A DNA stretch of 64,000 nucleotides from positions 1-64,000 of the IMG/VR virus record IMGVR_UViG_3300045988_088152; one strand, given 5' to 3'. Of this stretch, positions 28,696 through 39,261 are shown piece by piece. A program made the translations under genes and the position numbers. Positions within the stretch are counted from its first letter, which is position 1. Every line of letters starts with the position of its first letter. Origin of the DNA: a virus. The notes under the pieces are model-generated. The model was not told the DNA's origin. It did not search any database and saw nothing but the letters and a program-made list of their open reading frames with translations.

Positions 28696-29250
28696 CTAGT
28701 CCACCTTAGTGGTTGTGACCTCTATGGCTTTATTGTGCATCTGCACCTTAAGCCCAGCTGCCTCCAACCCCTCTTTCATCCATTGTTTCATCTTGCGTCT
28801 ACCTATACGCTTATTCAATTCAGTCCATGCGTCACGTTGATTCCTAAATGCGCCATCGCCGAATAATGAGCCGGTTGCGCCATTATATATCAATTCAGCT
28901 AAGTACGGTCTAGCATCTTGTCCGTAAAAATCACCAGCTAGACCAATATGTTGTCCATAACTAGAGCTATTTGGGTCTGTATTACCAATGCTCATTTTAT
29001 CGGGTTTATATTTGAACTCGCCCTCAACTGTTCTTTTATTTACTACTTTTGTAGTGCCAGCTCCCCATGCTCTATAGAAATCACCAGTCCGCTCATATTC
29101 CTCTGGATTATATGCCATATACACTATATCATGTATCGTACCGATATTTTCATCATATATCTTGTCTATGACATAGTTTATAGCTTTAGCTATAGGACTA
29201 TGTAACATAACTAAGACTTCTTTATCATTTCTTGCTTGGGATAGAGGCAT
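28696..29250 (-). CDS. hypothetical protein (tail module)
   Basis: It has its own GAGGTG ribosome-binding site and ends at TAG. Confidence 0.45.
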   Translation of the reverse strand: MPLSQARNDKEVLVMLHSPIAKAINYVIDKIYDENIGTIHDIVYMAYNPEEYERTGDFYRAWGAGTTKVVNKRTVEGEFKYKPDKMSIGNTDPNSSSYGQHIGLAGDFYGQDARPYLAELIYNGATGSLFGDGAFRNQRDAWTELNKRIGRRKMKQWMKEGLEAAGLKVQMHNKAIEVTTTKVD

Positions 29251-29626
29251 TCTTCATCACCTCATCTACCTTATTACTAAATCTTGGTAATTCTCTTGCA
29301 ATCTGCGTAATAGACTTCTGTAGAGATTCCTCATACTTGATAGCATCATAGAGTTGGAAAATATTCTCAATTCTATCATGTACTTCTTCAATAACACCCG
29401 TCTTGAGCCAATAATCATGGTCATGCGCCTCAATCTCTTCTTTTTTAAGGTCAGTTGCAAAATAGAGGATACACATATCAATGCTCTGTTGCCGCTCTGC
29501 CCATGAATTTAGCTTCTTTAGTCCATCAACAATAGACTGAATCTGGCTATATGTTAGATACTGATTGACCTTAATACCATATTCTTTAATCTCTACTGGC
29601 TCTTTGCTCATAATATTTTCCTTCAT
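29225..29626 (-). CDS. putative tail assembly chaperone
   Basis: The call rests on position (between the major tail gene and the TMP) and on its size and acidic helical character. Confidence 0.35.
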   Translation of the reverse strand: MKENIMSKEPVEIKEYGIKVNQYLTYSQIQSIVDGLKKLNSWAERQQSIDMCILYFATDLKKEEIEAHDHDYWLKTGVIEEVHDRIENIFQLYDAIKYEESLQKSITQIARELPRFSNKVDEVMKNASIPSKK

Positions 29627-29940
29627 TATTCCTTATTCTCCTTTACTACCTTATATTTTCCTTTATATTTCCTTAATTCTACATTGTCTGGGATATAGTT
29701 ATATGGGTTTTCTACCTTGATGACCTCATCGCCTACTTGTACATATAGATAGCCATGTCGCTCAAACTGCACATTACCAGTTGGCGCAGATTTGATTGGG
29801 CAATTAGCCATATATGCTAGCGGCTTCCAGATGTGATGCTCAATACACCGCCGCACATAAGGACAGATAGGATGTTCCTCTTGCTTGTTGCAAGTTGGGA
29901 TTTCATCATAATTTACTACATTACAATATGGACAATCCAT
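29626..29940 (-). CDS. hypothetical Cys-rich protein
   Basis: It has a CPYC..C..C..C pattern and is the first gene after the major-tail terminator. Confidence 0.4.
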   Translation of the reverse strand: MDCPYCNVVNYDEIPTCNKQEEHPICPYVRRCIEHHIWKPLAYMANCPIKSAPTGNVQFERHGYLYVQVGDEVIKVENPYNYIPDNVELRKYKGKYKVVKENKE

Positions 29941-29975
29941 TATTTTTCACCTACTTTATTTGAATGTAATAAAAT

Positions 29976-30001
29976 GGGGAAAGATACGAATATCTCTCCC
30001 C
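29976..30001 (-). terminator. Rho-independent terminator after the major tail gene
   Basis: Minus-strand GGGGAGAGAUA-UUCG-UAUCUUUCCCC followed by AUUUUAUU. The stem is perfect, with one G-U pair, only on the minus strand. Confidence 0.65.
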
Positions 30002-30017
30002 ATTAAAATTAAACGAA

Positions 30018-31088
30018 TTAGCCGGTTACAGTAACCTCAAAATAACCAACAACAGATGGACCATTACCGGGGTCTGCACCCTTTAGAGTTGCGGAAATAT
30101 GAGCCTTACCAGCCGCCTTAGCGGTGACAACACCCTTAGCATCAACAGATGCAAACGTATCACCATCTTCAACAGCAAACGTAAAGTTGGCATTGTCAAC
30201 CATCTTAGGTGCTTTATTGCCGTTAAACAGAACATAACAAACAGCAGTCTGAGTCCCCTGAGCAGCTAGAGACATGTCAGCATCCTCAAATGCAATAGCT
30301 CTGACTTCGTTCTGCCACTTTGCACCAAAGATTTCTTCAGTCATAGTGCCATAATAAGATTCGCCTTCGCAAGAATCAGTGTTATCAACTGCTAGAGCAG
30401 AGCCAGACAGAGAAACAGTAGCCGCAGAAGTTGCAGTAAGGTTAAGGTCTTGTGCGCCATCAAGCTGTAGTCTAGGAATATCAGTAATTAGACGACCAAC
30501 CTTAGTTGCATTGTTCGTAGTAGAAATATCCGCATTGAACAGGTCGTTAAGAATGATGACATGAAGCTCATCTGGCACATAGTCAACTGGGATAATGATG
30601 CTATCAGCATTGGCATTCTGATAGAAATACGTCACACAATACTTCTCACCAACCGCAGCGTTAGGAATAGCCATTGTATATGCGCCAGCCGCCTCAGTAA
30701 TTGTGCCAACAGTATAATCTTTCTCACTAGGAGTACGATACCAACCAATCATAGAGCCAGCAACAGCGGTTGGAGCCTGTGGTAGAGTGACCTTACCAGC
30801 AGTCTGAACAGTGAGTTCATTCTGATAAACACCAAGACCGCCCTTCTGTAGATCGACACCAAGGTTGGCAGCAATATACTCTAGCTTAAAGCAAGAGTCA
30901 GTAATCTGAACAGTTAGACCAGAGTCATGGTAATACTTACCAATTAGTGCATTGCCCTTGCCCCCACGAATTTCTTCTGAAGAAATAGTAAAGCCAAAGG
31001 TTGACTCGGTTAGAGTCTTAGCGAAGCCGATGATAGTCTGCCCCTTGAGTAGAATAGCATCACCAACGCCAGCTAGGAATTTTCTCAT
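30018..31088 (-). CDS. major tail protein with a C-terminal Big_2 (Ig-like) domain
   Basis: The Ig-like domain ending reads FASVDAKGVVTAKAAGKAHISATLKG..FEVTVTG. A strong ribosome-binding site precedes it and a terminator follows. Its position is upstream of the chaperone and TMP. Confidence 0.6.
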   Translation of the reverse strand: MRKFLAGVGDAILLKGQTIIGFAKTLTESTFGFTISSEEIRGGKGNALIGKYYHDSGLTVQITDSCFKLEYIAANLGVDLQKGGLGVYQNELTVQTAGKVTLPQAPTAVAGSMIGWYRTPSEKDYTVGTITEAAGAYTMAIPNAAVGEKYCVTYFYQNANADSIIIPVDYVPDELHVIILNDLFNADISTTNNATKVGRLITDIPRLQLDGAQDLNLTATSAATVSLSGSALAVDNTDSCEGESYYGTMTEEIFGAKWQNEVRAIAFEDADMSLAAQGTQTAVCYVLFNGNKAPKMVDNANFTFAVEDGDTFASVDAKGVVTAKAAGKAHISATLKGADPGNGPSVVGYFEVTVTG

Positions 31089-31102
31089 ATAAGATTTCCT
31101 CC

Positions 31103-31927
31103 TTATTGATTTACAATATTATTTATTTGTTTTATCATATCGGAGTTGGCTTGTTTAACTATGCCATCTCCACCCATAGATTTATTGTAAGACTCAACAG
31201 ATGTAACATACCCATCGAACCTGTCTTTCTTTTTCTTGTATATCCAATGCTCAAGCTCTTTAGCCTTTCCAGCATATAGCATAATAGGACGCAAGGTTGT
31301 AAATTCAACCTCTCCTGCGCATTCTTCAAATAGTAACTGTAACGACCGCATTGTATAATGCATCAATGTTTGTTTATCAATGCCGCAGTGAGCCGTAATG
31401 ATAGCCATGCGCCGCTCTAGGTTCGGCACATTGATACCCTGACTTTTAAGCCTATCCACTTCACCCATCATCTTTTTTAAATCTGGGTCAATGTATGTGT
31501 CGTCATAATGCAGCACATTCTGATACAGTATGATACGCTTAATATCATCAAATTGCTTGCCTGTGATTTCAAATGAATCATCAGGCGCAAGTATGCTGAT
31601 TTTTTCCTTTTCATTCAGCTTGATTTTCCAATCTGGCATACCAAGACACAATTTCAGAATATTACAGAATTTATCTAGCATCAATCCTGATTGGTCTGTA
31701 GGTAACATGACTTTAAGCAAAAAATCAAGATAGCTCATCTGTATTATCTCAACAGAATTGAGCGCATTTTTATCTATTTGAAGAATATCACAGCTTGACA
31801 AAAAGACCTCGCTGTCATATACTGATATAGGCGTTATATCAATATGGGTCGTGTCTGATAATTTGTATGGTACTGGCTTATCGAAATAAAAATATCCCTT
31901 TTCAAGGACAGCAATGTCAATCGACAC
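31103..31927 (-). CDS. hypothetical protein (head-tail joining module by position)
   Basis: Coupled ORF. Confidence 0.35.
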   Translation of the reverse strand: MSIDIAVLEKGYFYFDKPVPYKLSDTTHIDITPISVYDSEVFLSSCDILQIDKNALNSVEIIQMSYLDFLLKVMLPTDQSGLMLDKFCNILKLCLGMPDWKIKLNEKEKISILAPDDSFEITGKQFDDIKRIILYQNVLHYDDTYIDPDLKKMMGEVDRLKSQGINVPNLERRMAIITAHCGIDKQTLMHYTMRSLQLLFEECAGEVEFTTLRPIMLYAGKAKELEHWIYKKKKDRFDGYVTSVESYNKSMGGDGIVKQANSDMIKQINNIVNQ

Positions 31928-32495
31928 AATCTACCACCTTGCCAGAATCTCCAACATTGACCGCCATATATAGCTGAACACCTGTAAATGTCTTATTGTT
32001 ACCAATAGCTGACTTAGCAGCACTATATCGGCTCATATCATCTAAAAACATGAGCTTGCCTACGCCGCCTACTTCTGCGCCATTAAGCAAATATAGCATA
32101 CAGTGAATGAACAAATCGCCGCGATTGACAGGAATACCGTTATATTCAACTAGACTCATCTGACCACCATATAGACAATCAAACGCATAGACTACTGTGC
32201 TAGTATATAGCTCAGAAGCATGGATATAATATTGATATATCTTAACAATCTGCTTAGATTCAGCCATAGCATCCTCAATTAGATTAGTTAAAAATACACT
32301 ATATGTATCCTGTTTTCCTTGTGCCCATACTAACTTCATCTTCTGTTGAAATGTAAGCGGTTCGTGACTCAATGCCTTATAGTCCTTATATGCCAGCATC
32401 TTCCAAAATATCTCAGCAATAGGGTCGGTCGATTTTGCTAGGTATACCATAATATTATATGGTATTGTCGGTAAACGACTTAATGAGTTATACAT
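31917..32495 (-). CDS. hypothetical protein (head-tail joining module by position)
   Basis: Coupled ORF. Confidence 0.35.
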   Translation of the reverse strand: MYNSLSRLPTIPYNIMVYLAKSTDPIAEIFWKMLAYKDYKALSHEPLTFQQKMKLVWAQGKQDTYSVFLTNLIEDAMAESKQIVKIYQYYIHASELYTSTVVYAFDCLYGGQMSLVEYNGIPVNRGDLFIHCMLYLLNGAEVGGVGKLMFLDDMSRYSAAKSAIGNNKTFTGVQLYMAVNVGDSGKVVDCVD

Positions 32496-32509
32496 CTAAC
32501 CGCCCTCCT

Positions 32510-33262
32510 TTAACCCATTGGAAATGGCGCGTTTTCGTCCATTGGATAATCAATAGAGCTATTATCCGCAAGCTGATTCGCAATATCATCACCGGCATGA
32601 GCCTCATCAAGATATAGCTCAAGAGTGAGCAATGTCGGCTTATCAATACCATATGCATTGATTGCATTCTGATAAGATAACAGCTTGAATGGTCTGCCAC
32701 CTAGAATGTATCTGGTATTCAACTTGAATAGTCTATATACATCCTCATTACCCTGAACCATAACAACAGCATGGTTGTTTGGCGTAATGACGGGCGTACT
32801 TACCTGTGCTGACGGTGATTGCATATCATAATCAACAACGCATGGTGCGCTAAAGATTACGGCATTGACCTCATCTTTAATCCGCATGACATTGTTGCAA
32901 CGACGCACACCAACAGCACGAGGTAAACCATCAAATTTGCCAGAATCATGGACAATCCACACATTGCTATCAAACTTGTAATACAGTCCACGCACAACAA
33001 AATGGTCAATATCTCTAAATATTAGCTGTAAAAAATCAATAGTATCCTTTTGTCCGGTCGATGTAGTTGCAACAGTAGGTGCAACCCATGCTTGAACACA
33101 ACTATATTCATTAGACCCTATTTTATTTTGTTCTAGCAATTCGCCGCCATTCTCAGGTGTTTTAGCAGATGTGTTGTCCCATTGTGCACAAATGTATTCT
33201 TGCGTCAAATCGCGGTAATAATCATTGGGGCTTGGTTGATATTGAAACATCTCATATGCCAT
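32510..33262 (-). CDS. hypothetical protein (head-tail joining module by position)
   Basis: ATG 33262 lies 1 nt after the upstream TGA. Confidence 0.35.
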   Translation of the reverse strand: MAYEMFQYQPSPNDYYRDLTQEYICAQWDNTSAKTPENGGELLEQNKIGSNEYSCVQAWVAPTVATTSTGQKDTIDFLQLIFRDIDHFVVRGLYYKFDSNVWIVHDSGKFDGLPRAVGVRRCNNVMRIKDEVNAVIFSAPCVVDYDMQSPSAQVSTPVITPNNHAVVMVQGNEDVYRLFKLNTRYILGGRPFKLLSYQNAINAYGIDKPTLLTLELYLDEAHAGDDIANQLADNSSIDYPMDENAPFPMG

Positions 33263-33263
33263 A

Positions 33264-33530
33264 TCAATCACCCATCCTTTCAATCCTGTTCGTCATCCGC
33301 AATACACATGAACGAATAATAGGATGAGTAAGCTCAAGCCCCATTTTGCTTAATCCTGCTAGTGTATCGGCAATCTCGCCATCAACCGCCCTAAATCGCA
33401 CAGATAGCCGCTCACAATATGTTGTATAGTCGGCTTCTTCGATTGTCGGCTCAAGACTGGTTAAATCTTCAAACAGCAACAGGACTTTATATAAAGCATG
33501 AATTTTATCTTGCTTATCTGTTCTACTCAT
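33264..33530 (-). CDS. hypothetical protein
   Basis: ORF within the late operon. Confidence 0.35.
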   Translation of the reverse strand: MSRTDKQDKIHALYKVLLLFEDLTSLEPTIEEADYTTYCERLSVRFRAVDGEIADTLAGLSKMGLELTHPIIRSCVLRMTNRIERMGD

Positions 33531-33544
33531 ATATCCACCCCTCT

Positions 33545-33985
33545 TTAATAATTATAGGAGGATAGATATAAGAGCTGGTATTTGTCGTGAATGAGCCTAT
33601 CTACATCTTCTTCTAGCTTATCAATGACGTTCTGTTTTTCTTTGAAATTCTGCGAGGATACGCCATCCATCTGGAAAGATGATGGAACTTTAAGTTTTTG
33701 TGCAATCTGTGTTGCTACGTCCGTCTCGCCGCGCCACCAGTATATAACCCAATATTCGGCAAGAATCTGAATCTCTAAATCTGTTAAATCTGCGTCAAAT
33801 TGTCTAAGCTCTGAATCATATGTTAGGGGTTGCTCACATTCTATAAACTTTGCTGCTGAACTAATTATCCATCCATCAATCTTGTCGTGAAACAGCTCAA
33901 TGTTTGCATCATATAGCTTGCGCAGTTTATAATCATCAATTACACTTAATGCTCTTTGTCCAATAACATCAAATGATGTTGCCAT
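33545..33985 (-). CDS. hypothetical protein (possible head-tail adaptor)
   Basis: The call rests on position only. Confidence 0.3.
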   Translation of the reverse strand: MATSFDVIGQRALSVIDDYKLRKLYDANIELFHDKIDGWIISSAAKFIECEQPLTYDSELRQFDADLTDLEIQILAEYWVIYWWRGETDVATQIAQKLKVPSSFQMDGVSSQNFKEKQNVIDKLEEDVDRLIHDKYQLLYLSSYNY

Positions 33986-33991
33986 AATTTA

Positions 33992-34648
33992 TCACTCCTT
34001 GTCATCAAGGGGTTCAATATCAATTAGATTTTTACCACTAAGTTCACCAATCTTAACAAGCACGTTAGCATCAACAGGATGACCGTCAAGCACCATGTTG
34101 GAAATAGTATCTACAATGATTTGCTTCTGCTGGTCAGTTGCGCCCTTATATACTTCACAAATATCAACCACATTCTGCTTAAGTAGCTCCTTGAGCTTTG
34201 TCGCACTAAGAATATGACGATAAATTTCATCTAGGTCGCACTTATGAACAAATTCTGGGTCATCAATATATACCATGCCACTAGATACAGTTTCGGGCAT
34301 ATTATTTACAACAGAAAACGCCTCTGACTCTGGAATCATCTTATACTTATACTGTCCTTCAATTCTGTGCATACGAGTGCCACGTAGATTGATATTGCCC
34401 GGACACATATTGATAAACTTGATATTTCTAAGCGCCTTAGATTTATCCTCAGCAGATGCCACATCTGTCTTGACCTGAGACTGTGCCTGCATAAGTACCT
34501 GCATCTGCGCCATCATTTCTTCCATACGCTTCTGCTGTTCTGCAAGCTGCGCCTTTAGTTGCTTCTTTTCCATGTCAACAGCCGATGTTTCAGTCTGCTT
34601 GGTTGTCTTAGTAGTCGTAGTGGATTTAGTGTTCGTAGTATTTGCCAT
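33992..34648 (-). CDS. hypothetical protein with a Thr/Gln-rich coiled-coil N-terminus
   Basis: It is the first ORF after the capsid terminator. Confidence 0.35.
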   Translation of the reverse strand: MANTTNTKSTTTTKTTKQTETSAVDMEKKQLKAQLAEQQKRMEEMMAQMQVLMQAQSQVKTDVASAEDKSKALRNIKFINMCPGNINLRGTRMHRIEGQYKYKMIPESEAFSVVNNMPETVSSGMVYIDDPEFVHKCDLDEIYRHILSATKLKELLKQNVVDICEVYKGATDQQKQIIVDTISNMVLDGHPVDANVLVKIGELSGKNLIDIEPLDDKE

Positions 34649-34684
34649 TCCTTTTATTTTCCTTTCTTATTTCCGTTATAAATA

Positions 34685-34707
34685 GAGAGGGGTTAATAGC
34701 CCCTCTC
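34685..34707 (-). terminator. hairpin terminator or attenuator after the major capsid gene
   Basis: GAGAGGGG-7-nt loop-CCCCTCTC followed, on the minus strand, by UAUUUAU. Confidence 0.55.
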
Positions 34708-34716
34708 AGATAATTA

Positions 34717-35808
34717 TTACTCAGTGATGGTGTATAGACCAGCGAAGGATGCGCCAACGAACTCGAAACCATAGTTCTTGCGCATGGTAAAGTTCTGTGT
34801 AAGATCAGCATTCTCGTAGAACTGGTTACTATTGGTGAGAGTAGTAGACATAGCACCAACAACGAGCTTAGAGCCAACAGGAGAAACAACATATAGCTTG
34901 TTGTCGTCAAGAGCTAGACCATAGTTAGAGCCAGTAGGCATCTGGGGTAGCTCATAAAGAGCAAAACCATAGAAGTCACGGAGAACATGGACAGAGCCGC
35001 CATTAGCGTCATAAGTGCCACGATAACCCATAGTGCTATCAGGTAGAACATTAGCTAGAGCAGAAGCAGTACCCATGATAATTGGCTTGATGCCATTGTT
35101 ATAAGCCTGAACGCGCTGTGCTAGAGCAATTAGCTTCTTGGCATCAAATGCAGCATTCTCGAGGAACTGAGAAGGATAGGAAGCGCCAGCTAGACCAGCA
35201 TTAAGAGCGGCAACAGCCATCTTCTGCATATCAATCTCAATGGAAAGAACGATAGCACGGACGAAATCAGCAATATCTTCCTTGCCAGCCATTACACGAT
35301 ACATATCAACGTAAGTGGTGATAATGCGCTCCTGCATGGAAATTACAACATCCCCAGCATACTTCTTCTGACGGAAAGTAGTGCGCTCCCCAGTGCCACC
35401 AGCAGAGACGGTGTAAAGGGTACGAGGCATAACCTTGACCTTAACAATGTCGCCAATACCAGCCATACGGAAGTCAACGAATGGAGCAAGGGACTCAGTG
35501 ACATATGCAGGAAGAACTGCATTGACTAGGGCGTTAATGACAGCAAAGTTTGCCCAACGAACCATAGGATTCGCTGCCCATGCGTCAGCATTCTCAGCAT
35601 TACGAGTGCAGTTGGAAAGACGCTCAACTTCTGCAAAATATGCAGCGTTGACAACATCATGCTTTTCAGCAAGAGGCTTAGTTGCATCATAAGCACCTAG
35701 CTTACGGCCCTGTTCAGCCTCGGACTTGTGGAAATGATAGTCCATGAACTGCTCATAGAACTTAGTGTTGCCATTGGAGAAAGCAACAATTTCTTTGCTT
35801 AGATTCAT
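34717..35808 (-). CDS. major capsid protein
   Basis: 363 aa, with a strong ribosome-binding site (AAGGAGATATATATT-ATG) and a terminator downstream. Its position is after the protease/scaffold gene. No motif-level proof. Confidence 0.55.
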   Translation of the reverse strand: MNLSKEIVAFSNGNTKFYEQFMDYHFHKSEAEQGRKLGAYDATKPLAEKHDVVNAAYFAEVERLSNCTRNAENADAWAANPMVRWANFAVINALVNAVLPAYVTESLAPFVDFRMAGIGDIVKVKVMPRTLYTVSAGGTGERTTFRQKKYAGDVVISMQERIITTYVDMYRVMAGKEDIADFVRAIVLSIEIDMQKMAVAALNAGLAGASYPSQFLENAAFDAKKLIALAQRVQAYNNGIKPIIMGTASALANVLPDSTMGYRGTYDANGGSVHVLRDFYGFALYELPQMPTGSNYGLALDDNKLYVVSPVGSKLVVGAMSTTLTNSNQFYENADLTQNFTMRKNYGFEFVGASFAGLYTITE

Positions 35809-35843
35809 AATATATATCTCCTTTGCTTATTTATTAAATTTAA

Positions 35844-36359
35844 TTAGTTAGCTGCGCACTTGAGAATCCAAGTAGGAACGGCTTCGATACCGATATCGAC
35901 AGTATGGGTTGCCTCAATGGTAAAATAAGTACCGGCAGTTGGCTTGGTGTTAGTAGCAACCAGTCTACCATTGGTATCAACAGATGCATATGTGTTCTTA
36001 CCATCAGCGGGTGCGGTAGTAAATGCAGAAGCAGGAACTTCAAGGAAAGTACGACCAGCAGTTAGACCCTTGATGGAGAATGCACTGCCCTTGGGGTTAT
36101 AGAAATAACGAGGGTCGCTCATTTCCTGCTGTTCAACAGTGGTGCCAACAGCAGGCTTTTCAACAAGCCATAGATCAGTAACGTTGGCAGCAGGTAGTGC
36201 GCAAGCAAATTCATAACCGCCATCAGTTGCTAGACCAAGAGCGCCACGAGTAACGAACTGACCATTATCTAGGTCATTGTCCTTGCAAATACCAGCACAG
36301 TTGATGGCATCATTCTGCCAATCGTCAAGAGTGCGGATAACAAAAGAGTGATTATTCAT
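35844..36359 (-). CDS. hypothetical head protein (decoration or scaffold candidate)
   Basis: It lies between the scaffold/protease gene and the capsid gene. Confidence 0.3.
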   Translation of the reverse strand: MNNHSFVIRTLDDWQNDAINCAGICKDNDLDNGQFVTRGALGLATDGGYEFACALPAANVTDLWLVEKPAVGTTVEQQEMSDPRYFYNPKGSAFSIKGLTAGRTFLEVPASAFTTAPADGKNTYASVDTNGRLVATNTKPTAGTYFTIEATHTVDIGIEAVPTWILKCAAN

Positions 36360-36393
36360 AATATATTTGTCTCCTTTTTAATCAATTTTAGTT

Positions 36394-38082
36394 TTAGTCC
36401 CATAGACCTTTATGCTCCTTCTTTTCAACAGGAGCAGCGAAAGTAAATACATCGGTTTTTTCTTTCTTTGGTGTTTTCTTTACAGCAGAGAAACAATATG
36501 CCTTAACCTTATTTGCCCAAGCATCAACATCCGCAAATTCACAAGACATGCCTTCTTCGCGCATCTGCTTATAGCAATCCTCAGACATATATTCCTTGCA
36601 TTCAGCCATAATAGCCTCGACAGAAATAGCCTTTTCCTTGTCCTCTACATCTTTCTTAAACTGACGTAGCGTCTCAAGCTCAGAATTCTGCCCCATAATG
36701 ATATTGTCCCTATCTTCAATATCTTTTTCAAGCTGTGCAATACGGGCTTTCATATCATCTGCGGACATTTCTTCCTCATGCTCATCATTATCGTCATGCT
36801 CATCGCATTCGCCACAATCAGCTAGACGATAGTCATCAACATTTTCAGGTTCAGCAAATCTCTTGATATTATCAGTCTCAGTAAATTCTTGCTTGACCTC
36901 AACAACCTCATCTGCAAGAGTAAGACCGTCCTCAGTCAGACTAAAATCGAGCCGATACATGGTCTTTGCACGATCTGTAACAATGGCAAACTTCTGATTA
37001 TCTTCTTCATAGATACCCTGAATACCATATTCCCAATTCTGGCGCTCTTCAATAGCGGTCCAAAGCATACCCCAAAGATCGCCAATATTAACCGCGCTAA
37101 AATCAATTTCAGCCATTTTCTTGTCCTCCTTTCTTTCAGAATCGTCATCAAGGTCTAACTTCTTATAGATAGCCTCAATTTTATTTACAACCTCAGTCTC
37201 GTCATTCTGCTTTGCATATGCTAGTGCAGATGATAGAGCATTTCGGTTATAGATGAATTTGTCACCATCAAGCATCATAATCGGGTACTTGAGGTGTTCA
37301 GATGGCGCATCTTTCCAACCATCTTCTACGAGTAGATATACAGATTTAACAAGCGTGTCACGATTCTTAGCCTCCATGATTTTATCTCTCATAGCCGCCT
37401 TGTCGTAATCGCCCCAATCAGCCGTAGACATGGCTTCTTTAGACTTGTCAATCTTATATGTTTTCTTTTCAGCCATTGATTGTTTCCTTTCTTCGACAAA
37501 TTGCTTTAGATTAGATAGAGAATCAGATTTAGCAAAATAAGCATCTGCATCCTCAGTAGAAAATCGCACCATTTTAATATCTGCATCGGGACAGCTACCG
37601 TTTATGGCTTTTCCAAGTACAGTCAATCCAAAAATGTCTAGCGCTACTACCTTGCCTTCATCCTCATCATTATCCGTTGTTACTGTCATTTCAACAGAGC
37701 TATTGCGAAGATTATCAAACTCAAAGATGTTGTTTAGTTCCTTGCTATAGTGTTTGCTAACAACCGCATAAGCATATGCTTTAGTAACGCCATCTTCCTC
37801 AACAAACTCAATCTCTTGTTCACGCGGAAAATAGCCATACTGAATTTCTGAAGGCAAGTGTGTAGTCGCATCGCCATTCTGAATTTTCGCAACAAGCATA
37901 TTGCCAAGAATAGATTGAGCGTCGCGCCGTAGTACGTCATTACTAATATCTAGTTTGTGTGCATTTGGCTTAGTGCTTAAAAAGCAGCACTTAAACACAG
38001 TAAATTTATGCTCTGGGTAATTATCACACCATTCAGGATATTCAACAGCATCTTCAAGCTGAAATTTTACATCTTTCTGCAA
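36394..38082 (-). CDS. putative prohead protease/scaffolding fusion protein
   Basis: TTG start after AAGGAGGA. The C-terminal half is highly acidic coiled coil. Its position is between the portal and capsid genes. Confidence 0.3.
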   Translation of the reverse strand: MQKDVKFQLEDAVEYPEWCDNYPEHKFTVFKCCFLSTKPNAHKLDISNDVLRRDAQSILGNMLVAKIQNGDATTHLPSEIQYGYFPREQEIEFVEEDGVTKAYAYAVVSKHYSKELNNIFEFDNLRNSSVEMTVTTDNDEDEGKVVALDIFGLTVLGKAINGSCPDADIKMVRFSTEDADAYFAKSDSLSNLKQFVEERKQSMAEKKTYKIDKSKEAMSTADWGDYDKAAMRDKIMEAKNRDTLVKSVYLLVEDGWKDAPSEHLKYPIMMLDGDKFIYNRNALSSALAYAKQNDETEVVNKIEAIYKKLDLDDDSERKEDKKMAEIDFSAVNIGDLWGMLWTAIEERQNWEYGIQGIYEEDNQKFAIVTDRAKTMYRLDFSLTEDGLTLADEVVEVKQEFTETDNIKRFAEPENVDDYRLADCGECDEHDDNDEHEEEMSADDMKARIAQLEKDIEDRDNIIMGQNSELETLRQFKKDVEDKEKAISVEAIMAECKEYMSEDCYKQMREEGMSCEFADVDAWANKVKAYCFSAVKKTPKKEKTDVFTFAAPVEKKEHKGLWD

Positions 38083-38119
38083 TTATCTTCCTCCTTTCTT
38101 CAAGGATGGTAATATATGG

Positions 38120-38539
38120 TTAATTGACATTTTGTGAATCAACACCAGTATAGTCAACAGACCACATTTTCATTTCCTCAATAAGCCCCTTAGTATAGTG
38201 GTTCTTTTGCAGCTTATTGACATAAATATCCTCAATCTGCAACATGTGCATTTTTTCATAATATGGCAATGTCTTATTGTCTATATATTTATAGAACATG
38301 TTTTTGATTTCACCACGACACGCCTCAGTTGTATATGCTACAGTTGCATCTAGCTTGCTCTCAATTCTCTTGAGCGTCGCTTTAATGGTATTTTGCTTAA
38401 TCTTGTCATCTTGTTCACTCTGATATTTTTTTAGAGCCTTCGCAATACATAGTTTAATAGGTTTGCAACATAAGGTAATAACCGCTGCTAAAGAAAGGAT
38501 TGCTCCTAAAATTGCGGCAATATTCTTGACTGTTTCCAA
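38120..38539 (-). CDS. membrane-anchored hypothetical protein
   Basis: It has the N-terminal transmembrane segment IAAILGAILSLAAVITLCC. Confidence 0.4.
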   Translation of the reverse strand: METVKNIAAILGAILSLAAVITLCCKPIKLCIAKALKKYQSEQDDKIKQNTIKATLKRIESKLDATVAYTTEACRGEIKNMFYKYIDNKTLPYYEKMHMLQIEDIYVNKLQKNHYTKGLIEEMKMWSVDYTGVDSQNVN

Positions 38540-38564
38540 TCATAGATTCCTCCTTTCTAGCGTA

Positions 38565-38741
38565 TTATCCTTCTATTCCATTCTTTTCAAGCCATTTTAG
38601 CAATTTTGCGTTTCGCTTATAGTAATGCGCGTCATCATCTAAGTATTTAGCTGAAAAGCCAGCCTTATCAAGTTCCCATGCTAAAGCGCTATCAGCAATG
38701 AAATAATCTTCTGGATTTCTTGGGATTCCAAGGATAATCAT
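38565..38741 (-). CDS. hypothetical small protein
   Basis: ATG 38741 follows a GGAGGA ribosome-binding site and overlaps the upstream stop (ATGA). Confidence 0.4.
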   Translation of the reverse strand: MIILGIPRNPEDYFIADSALAWELDKAGFSAKYLDDDAHYYKRNAKLLKWLEKNGIEG

Positions 38742-39250
38742 TGGTAATCCTCCAACCCAACAATGCCCCAACTGTCAATATGACGGTCATATTCGTCATA
38801 TTCTGTTGACATTTGTTTAGCTTTATCATCCAATAGAATAATCTGCGCTACAACTTTATTCATATCTTCCATCAAATCTTGTAGCATAGCATTTGCATTA
38901 AAATCTTTTTCTTCTTTAGCAATATAATACGTCTGCTTAATAACTTGATATAAGTCAAGCGTTTCTCTAAGCATAGTATTCATCATTTGCTCAAGATTAT
39001 CATATGTTCGCTTATCGCCGCGCGTCTCAGGATAATATGTGGTAATATTCCACTGATGCTTAAAATCACTTACAGTATCAGCCATAAGCGGCCAGAGATG
39101 CGCCAGTTTATGATGGATAATATTTGCGGCATTAGGCATAGCAAATTTTACTTCCATCCACGACACGCAACGGTCGAATGTGCGGTTCAACTGGAAATAC
39201 TGCCCAACTAGAATATCTAGGGCTTCACTTGTTCTTTCTGATAACATCAT
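38738..39250 (-). CDS. hypothetical helical protein
   Basis: ORF directly downstream of the portal gene. Confidence 0.35.
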   Translation of the reverse strand: MMLSERTSEALDILVGQYFQLNRTFDRCVSWMEVKFAMPNAANIIHHKLAHLWPLMADTVSDFKHQWNITTYYPETRGDKRTYDNLEQMMNTMLRETLDLYQVIKQTYYIAKEEKDFNANAMLQDLMEDMNKVVAQIILLDDKAKQMSTEYDEYDRHIDSWGIVGLEDYQ

Positions 39251-39261
39251 AATATTTCACC

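Noticed and set aside
28696-29626. Programmed -1 frameshift of the G/GT tail-chaperone type between 29225-29626 and 28696-29250.
   Set aside because: The downstream frame is +1 (not -1) relative to the upstream gene. It has two stop codons immediately upstream of its ATG and its own GAGGTG ribosome-binding site. There is no X XXY YYZ slippery heptamer in the 26-nt overlap.
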